From: an uncultured virus (IMG/VR IMGVR_UViG_3300037961_004118) | Taxonomy: Duplodnaviria; Heunggongvirae; Uroviricota; Caudoviricetes; Kyanoviridae | DNA: 20,000 nt | Virus record (IMG/VR): IMGVR_UViG_3300037961_004118 | Direction: 5' to 3' (one strand) | In this document: positions 16,680 through 20,000 of the stretch, piece by piece | Numbering within the stretch: the first letter of the stretch is position 1 | Layout of the letters: each line of letters starts with the position of its first letter | The notes under the pieces: model-generated | Told to the model about the DNA's origin: nothing | The model's database searches: none | Seen by the model: the letters and a program-made list of their open reading frames with translations, nothing else | Made by a program: the position numbers and the translations under genes

Positions 16680-16852
16680 TGCAAAAAGACATTAACTTAC
16701 TGAAACATGCTATCAAAGCAGGGTATAAAGATCCTTTTCTTTATACCAATGAGGAGATGCATCGTCTCAAGAAAAAACTTCGCCAGTTGAACAACTGGAA
16801 ACGCTCAGCACAAATTTCTCAAAACAACGGATTTGGTCAGTATGTACAATGA
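16679..16852 (+). CDS. Hypothetical 57-aa phage protein (MQKDINLLK...GFGQYVQ)
   Basis: Read manually. TAATG coupling. Confidence 0.65.
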   Translation: MQKDINLLKHAIKAGYKDPFLYTNEEMHRLKKKLRQLNNWKRSAQISQNNGFGQYVQ

Positions 16853-16967
16853 AGACTTTGACATCTCTTGGGATGAAAATGACATCGTTCAAGCACCTGA
16901 GGATGAATGGGTATCTGCTATTCTTGGCAGCGAAGATGAAACTATCAAAGAACTGATTTATGATTGA
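16842..16967 (+). CDS. Very acidic 41-aa peptide (MYNEDFDISWDE...)
   Basis: Read manually. It overlaps both neighbours by a few bases, as in a packed operon. Confidence 0.55.
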   Translation: MYNEDFDISWDENDIVQAPEDEWVSAILGSEDETIKELIYD

Positions 16968-17124
16968 CAAGTATCGCATCACTTGGTTGAAAAACAAAGC
17001 AAAGAATGGATTTTATTCACGTCAAGAAGTAGTAGTTTATGGGTTAGACAATGTAAAGTTTGTTATGGACAACCTTGTGCCAGTTGACGCAGTGGGCGCA
17101 GTGGACATCATCCCCTGCCTTTGA
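16960..17124 (+). CDS. Hypothetical 54-aa phage protein (MIDKYRITW...IIPCL)
   Basis: Read manually. It fills the gap before the next promoter. Confidence 0.55.
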   Translation: MIDKYRITWLKNKAKNGFYSRQEVVVYGLDNVKFVMDNLVPVDAVGAVDIIPCL

Positions 17125-17133
17125 TGCTATAAT
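17076..17133 (+). promoter_or_regulatory. Early-type promoter (extended -10) with upstream TGTGCCAGTT element
   Basis: TG-c-TATAAT (17125-17133) and TGTGCCAGTT-GACG-CAGTGGGCGCA (17076-17100). No well-spaced -35. Confidence 0.65.
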
Positions 17134-17188
17134 ATGGGCATGGGAATGAGCAGCGCCCCAAAGACTCTCCCAAATCTCTATTTTTGTT

Positions 17189-17728
17189 ATGAACATCTCC
17201 AACGTCAAAACTGCTATTCTGGTCGGAAAGTTCGCATTGAATGATGGAACTTCTAAGGCACGACTTAAACTCAACTATGAGAATCTTCCTAAGAATGTTC
17301 TCAAAGATGATGCTGGTCGTGTATATCTTCTCGTCAAAGATGGCGAGATCATGAAGATCGGTGGCAGTGTCTCTAAAGGTGGTATCAAATCCACCATGTC
17401 TTTCTATGTGTCTGCTAACACTGGACGCCCGTCAATTCGTTCGTTTGGTATCAACCAACTTGTGTACGAAGCGACAACGAAAGGCGAAGAAGTATCTGTC
17501 TACATGATTACTTCTGAACAGGTTTCTGCACCCGTCAAAGGTCTCTTTGGTGCAGAAACTATGTCCATCTCTGCTTTCAAAGAGATGGAAGAAAAATGTC
17601 TCGCTGACTATGTTGCTTCTGAAGGTCATCACCCTGCCTGGAATTATCAGGAAGCGGGTAAACCTTGGGAGCAATATATTCAGGAGCAACATGCTATAAT
17701 TCTAACAAAATCTGCAACCCGTAAATGA
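17189..17728 (+). CDS. GIY-YIG endonuclease, Hpy188I-like putative type II restriction enzyme
   Basis: GRVYLLVKDGEIMKIGGS resembles the LVY...KIG variant of GIY-YIG seen in R.Hpy188I. The KEMEEK helix supplies a candidate metal-binding Glu, and PAWN matches the family's terminal P-x-x-N. It overlaps the MTase gene at ATGA. Confidence 0.7.
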   Translation: MNISNVKTAILVGKFALNDGTSKARLKLNYENLPKNVLKDDAGRVYLLVKDGEIMKIGGSVSKGGIKSTMSFYVSANTGRPSIRSFGINQLVYEATTKGEEVSVYMITSEQVSAPVKGLFGAETMSISAFKEMEEKCLADYVASEGHHPAWNYQEAGKPWEQYIQEQHAIILTKSATRK

Positions 17729-18642
17729 AAACTCCATTGCGATATGCTGGTGGTAAATCCAAAGCATATAAAATCATTACTGAATATCTACCTGAGCATC
17801 TTCCTACGGGTAAGATTGTCTCACCATTTATTGGTGGTGGTAGTCTAGAATCTCGCTGGAGTTCTGAGTTAGATATTCCTGTGCAGGGGTATGATGTACT
17901 TCATCCCCTTGTCATTTTCTGGAACATTCTTCTAGATTATCGTGAGGATTTGGTTGCACGTTGTAGGTATCTGGAACCAACTAAAGATGAATATAAACAA
18001 GTCAAAGATGAATTGATGAAGTGGTGCATCACCCAGATGATGTTCCCCGCTCCAATGGATAGGGATGAGAAAGATCGCTGGGCATATTATCGTGTACCAG
18101 ATGAAGAGATGATCACATTGTGCCACAAAGATGCTGCTGCTTATTTCTTCTATAACCATAACCTTTCTTATGGTCCGATGTATCTCGGTTGGATGAGTAA
18201 GATCTATGAATCGCGTGAAAAGTGGGATCGTATGATTGATAGATTGGAGAAGTATGTCAATCCTAATTTGAATGTTCAGATTGGTAATATGATTGATACT
18301 ATTCCATATCACAAAAAAGACTTCTTGTATCTCGACCCTCCATATTATTTGGAGAAAGATGCAGATAACAAGATGTTCAAAGGGATGTATCCCAACGCAA
18401 ACTTCCCCATCTATCACAACAACTTTGACCATGAATATATGGCGATGATGTTATCACGTCACGAGGGTCCGTTTGTTCTCAGTTACAACAACTGCGAAAC
18501 TATTCGTGAGTGGTATTCTGAGTATGAGTTTGTATATCCTGAATGGCACTATTCATACTCTCTGGGTGAGACTCGTGTTGGCAAGAACAAAGAGAACAAT
18601 GACCCTAAAAAGTCCCATGAAATTCTAATTATTAAGCGATGA
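17725..18642 (+). CDS. DNA N6-adenine methyltransferase, D12/Dam class
   Basis: PLRYAGGKS (motif X), SPFIGGGS (motif I), FLYLDPPY (motif IV), FVLSYN, EILI. Confidence 0.93.
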   Translation: MKTPLRYAGGKSKAYKIITEYLPEHLPTGKIVSPFIGGGSLESRWSSELDIPVQGYDVLHPLVIFWNILLDYREDLVARCRYLEPTKDEYKQVKDELMKWCITQMMFPAPMDRDEKDRWAYYRVPDEEMITLCHKDAAAYFFYNHNLSYGPMYLGWMSKIYESREKWDRMIDRLEKYVNPNLNVQIGNMIDTIPYHKKDFLYLDPPYYLEKDADNKMFKGMYPNANFPIYHNNFDHEYMAMMLSRHEGPFVLSYNNCETIREWYSEYEFVYPEWHYSYSLGETRVGKNKENNDPKKSHEILIIKR

Positions 18643-19148
18643 CACTTGACCGAATTGAAATGAAGCGTGAGTGTGGTGATTGCACTGCATGTTGTCAAGG
18701 ACATTTGAACGCAAACATTCACGGAATTCAAATGTTCAAGGGTCGTCCCTGTCATTTTCTTGGTGAATGTGAGGGCGGTGGATGTACTATCTACGACCAA
18801 CGTCCGACATTATGTCAAGAGTATCAATGTCTCTGGAAAATTACACCAACTCTTCCAGAGTGGATGAAACCTAATAAATCAGATGTTATTATGGCATTTG
18901 GTGAAGATGAGATAGATGGTGAACTAGTTGGTTACATAACTATGCGCGAATGTAACAATCCAGTTCGGTCAGATATTTTGAACTATGTGTTACGTTTGAG
19001 TATGGAACATGGCATGAACATTGAATATGAATGTAATGGCAGTTGGTTTCACTTAGGCGATGAAAAATGGATTAAACATCATGTAGAAAAAAATGGTGGA
19101 GAGATCGTGAGCAATGTGCCAGTTGCAGAACTGGCGCAAACCTCTTGA
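18639..19148 (+). CDS. CxxCxxCC (YkgJ/UPF0153-like) cysteine-cluster protein
   Basis: CGDCTACC...PCHFL...CTIYDQRPTLCQEYQC. ATGA overlap with the MTase gene. Confidence 0.85.
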   Translation: MTLDRIEMKRECGDCTACCQGHLNANIHGIQMFKGRPCHFLGECEGGGCTIYDQRPTLCQEYQCLWKITPTLPEWMKPNKSDVIMAFGEDEIDGELVGYITMRECNNPVRSDILNYVLRLSMEHGMNIEYECNGSWFHLGDEKWIKHHVEKNGGEIVSNVPVAELAQTS

Positions 19149-19173
19149 CTTTTGCCTGGGAACCTGTCATACT
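19115..19173 (+). promoter_or_regulatory. Sigma70-like early promoter with upstream palindrome
   Basis: TGTGCCAGTT-GCAG-AACTGGCGCA (19115-19138), 6 bp gap, TTGACT (19145-19150), 17 bp spacer, TG-t-CATACT (19165-19173). Confidence 0.85.
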
Positions 19174-19197
19174 ATATTCATAGTCAAGCAATCAGAC

Positions 19198-19389
19198 ATG
19201 CGTCATTACACCAAAGCACAAGTTGTTGAGCAATTCCGTTACAACTGGAAGGTAGCAACTCTTGAAAATCCTTCACTCAAAACTGACAAGATCGCCAAGC
19301 GTATTGCGTTCGGTGACTTCACTGATATGCTTTGCAAGTGTGGTGAGATTAGTCTCAAGCAGTACGAAAACTGGAGCAACCCTTTCTAA
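19198..19389 (+). CDS. Hypothetical early phage protein (MRHYTKAQVV...WSNPF)
   Basis: First ATG after the promoter, 63 aa. Confidence 0.75.
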   Translation: MRHYTKAQVVEQFRYNWKVATLENPSLKTDKIAKRIAFGDFTDMLCKCGEISLKQYENWSNPF

Positions 19390-19433
19390 TGTCATGGGGT
19401 CTCATTCCATGGTCACAATTAACTCATAAAAAA

Positions 19434-19607
19434 ATGACCTATCAACAACTGCTGGAACAACTTCAAGCACTATCACCTCAACAACTCAATCAAACTGCAA
19501 CTTTGTATTCAATCAAAGATGATGAGTTTGTTCCTGTGTACAGCGGTGATTTTACTGATGAAGAAGATCAAGTTCTAGACTCTAACCATTTCGTTATTAC
19601 ATTCTGA
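19434..19607 (+). CDS. Hypothetical early phage protein (MTYQQLLEQLQ...); alternative start 19389
   Basis: ORF track plus internal ATG at 19434. Confidence 0.7.
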   Translation: MTYQQLLEQLQALSPQQLNQTATLYSIKDDEFVPVYSGDFTDEEDQVLDSNHFVITF

Positions 19608-19618
19608 TGGAGAAACTT

Positions 19619-19747
19619 ATGTCATGTGACACAAATACAGAGATTATGGAAAATCTCTTTGAACAAGTTCAGGAAGAATATCCTGACTTGACTATCGAAC
19701 AACAGGCAACAATTGCTTCACAACGTTTCTGGAATCTCGCTCAGTAA
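19619..19747 (+). CDS. Hypothetical 42-aa acidic phage protein (MSCDTNTEIMENLFEQV...)
   Basis: Read manually. GGAG at 19609-19612 precedes ATG 19619. Confidence 0.65.
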   Translation: MSCDTNTEIMENLFEQVQEEYPDLTIEQQATIASQRFWNLAQ

Positions 19748-19748
19748 A

Positions 19749-19919
19749 ATGCTCAAGAAAAACGTCGTCAAAGTTATTGGTGAGACCGCAATGCGTGTCG
19801 ATCCCAATCTCACCCGAGAGGAAAAGTTTCAGGTTTTCTGTCGCGTTGTTGATGGATTACTTGATGATGGTAGAATCACTAAGGCACAACATCACTCGTG
19901 GACACACATTTTCGGATGA
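19749..19919 (+). CDS. Hypothetical early phage protein, paralog of 19198..19389
   Basis: ATG 1 nt after the previous stop. Shares a D-x-L-x3-G-x-I-x3-Q-x3-W-x3-F tail with 19198..19389. Confidence 0.7.
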   Translation: MLKKNVVKVIGETAMRVDPNLTREEKFQVFCRVVDGLLDDGRITKAQHHSWTHIFG

Positions 19920-20000
19920 AATTACGACAAGAAGAGTTGAGGTATCTCGACTATATTATGTGTCGCGTTAATTCTTTCACGCAGGCACAAGGTGAACAAT
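19916..20000 (+). CDS. Partial hypothetical ORF (MKLRQEELRYL...), truncated by window end
   Basis: ATGA overlap. The frame stays open to the window end. Confidence 0.5.
   Translation, partial: MKLRQEELRYLDYIMCRVNSFTQAQGEQ

Noticed and set aside
17189..17728. Interpretation as a Seg-type homing endonuclease or intron-encoded nuclease
   Set aside because: It lacks the C-terminal DNA-binding modules (NUMOD, HTH, zinc finger) and any flanking intron or split gene. The motif variant and MTase coupling fit a restriction enzyme better.
464..18800. Numerous minus-strand ORFs in the six-frame track (for example 14743..15231 and 17932..18432)
   Set aside because: They lie antisense to well-supported + strand genes and show no recognisable motifs. 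They are shadow ORFs.
19144..19188. CTTGACT...AGTCAAG inverted repeat flanking the promoter
   Set aside because: It is only 7 bp with a 31-nt gap, one arm is the -35 itself, and the other promoters have no equivalent. It may be chance.

Overview
This is an AT-rich, gene-dense window with every credible gene on the + strand. It looks like part of a T4-like marine cyanomyovirus genome (Synechococcus/Prochlorococcus-type phage). From left to right it holds: (1) the C-terminal part of the gp5 baseplate hub/spike gene; (2) a tandem pair of TIGR02466-like 2OG-Fe(II) oxygenase genes; (3) an early-promoter island with small ORFs (one Phd/YefM-like), four tRNA genes (Leu-TAA, Thr-TGT, Ala-TGC, Asn-GTT) and three more oxygenases; (4) a late-promoter (TATAAATA-type) block of virion/tail-fibre genes ending in a glycine-rich adhesin-like gene, a sixth oxygenase and a terminator; (5) an early-gene region with many small ORFs, a GIY-YIG (Hpy188I-like) endonuclease coupled to a Dam-class adenine methyltransferase, and a CxxCxxCC protein. 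The most notable observations are a candidate phage-encoded type II restriction-modification pair, overlapping tRNA-Thr/tRNA-Ala genes, an oxygenase lacking its metal ligands coupled to an intact paralog, an orphan antitoxin-like ORF, and a recurring palindrome upstream of sigma70-like promoters. All family calls come from motif recognition by eye; no database searches were run.
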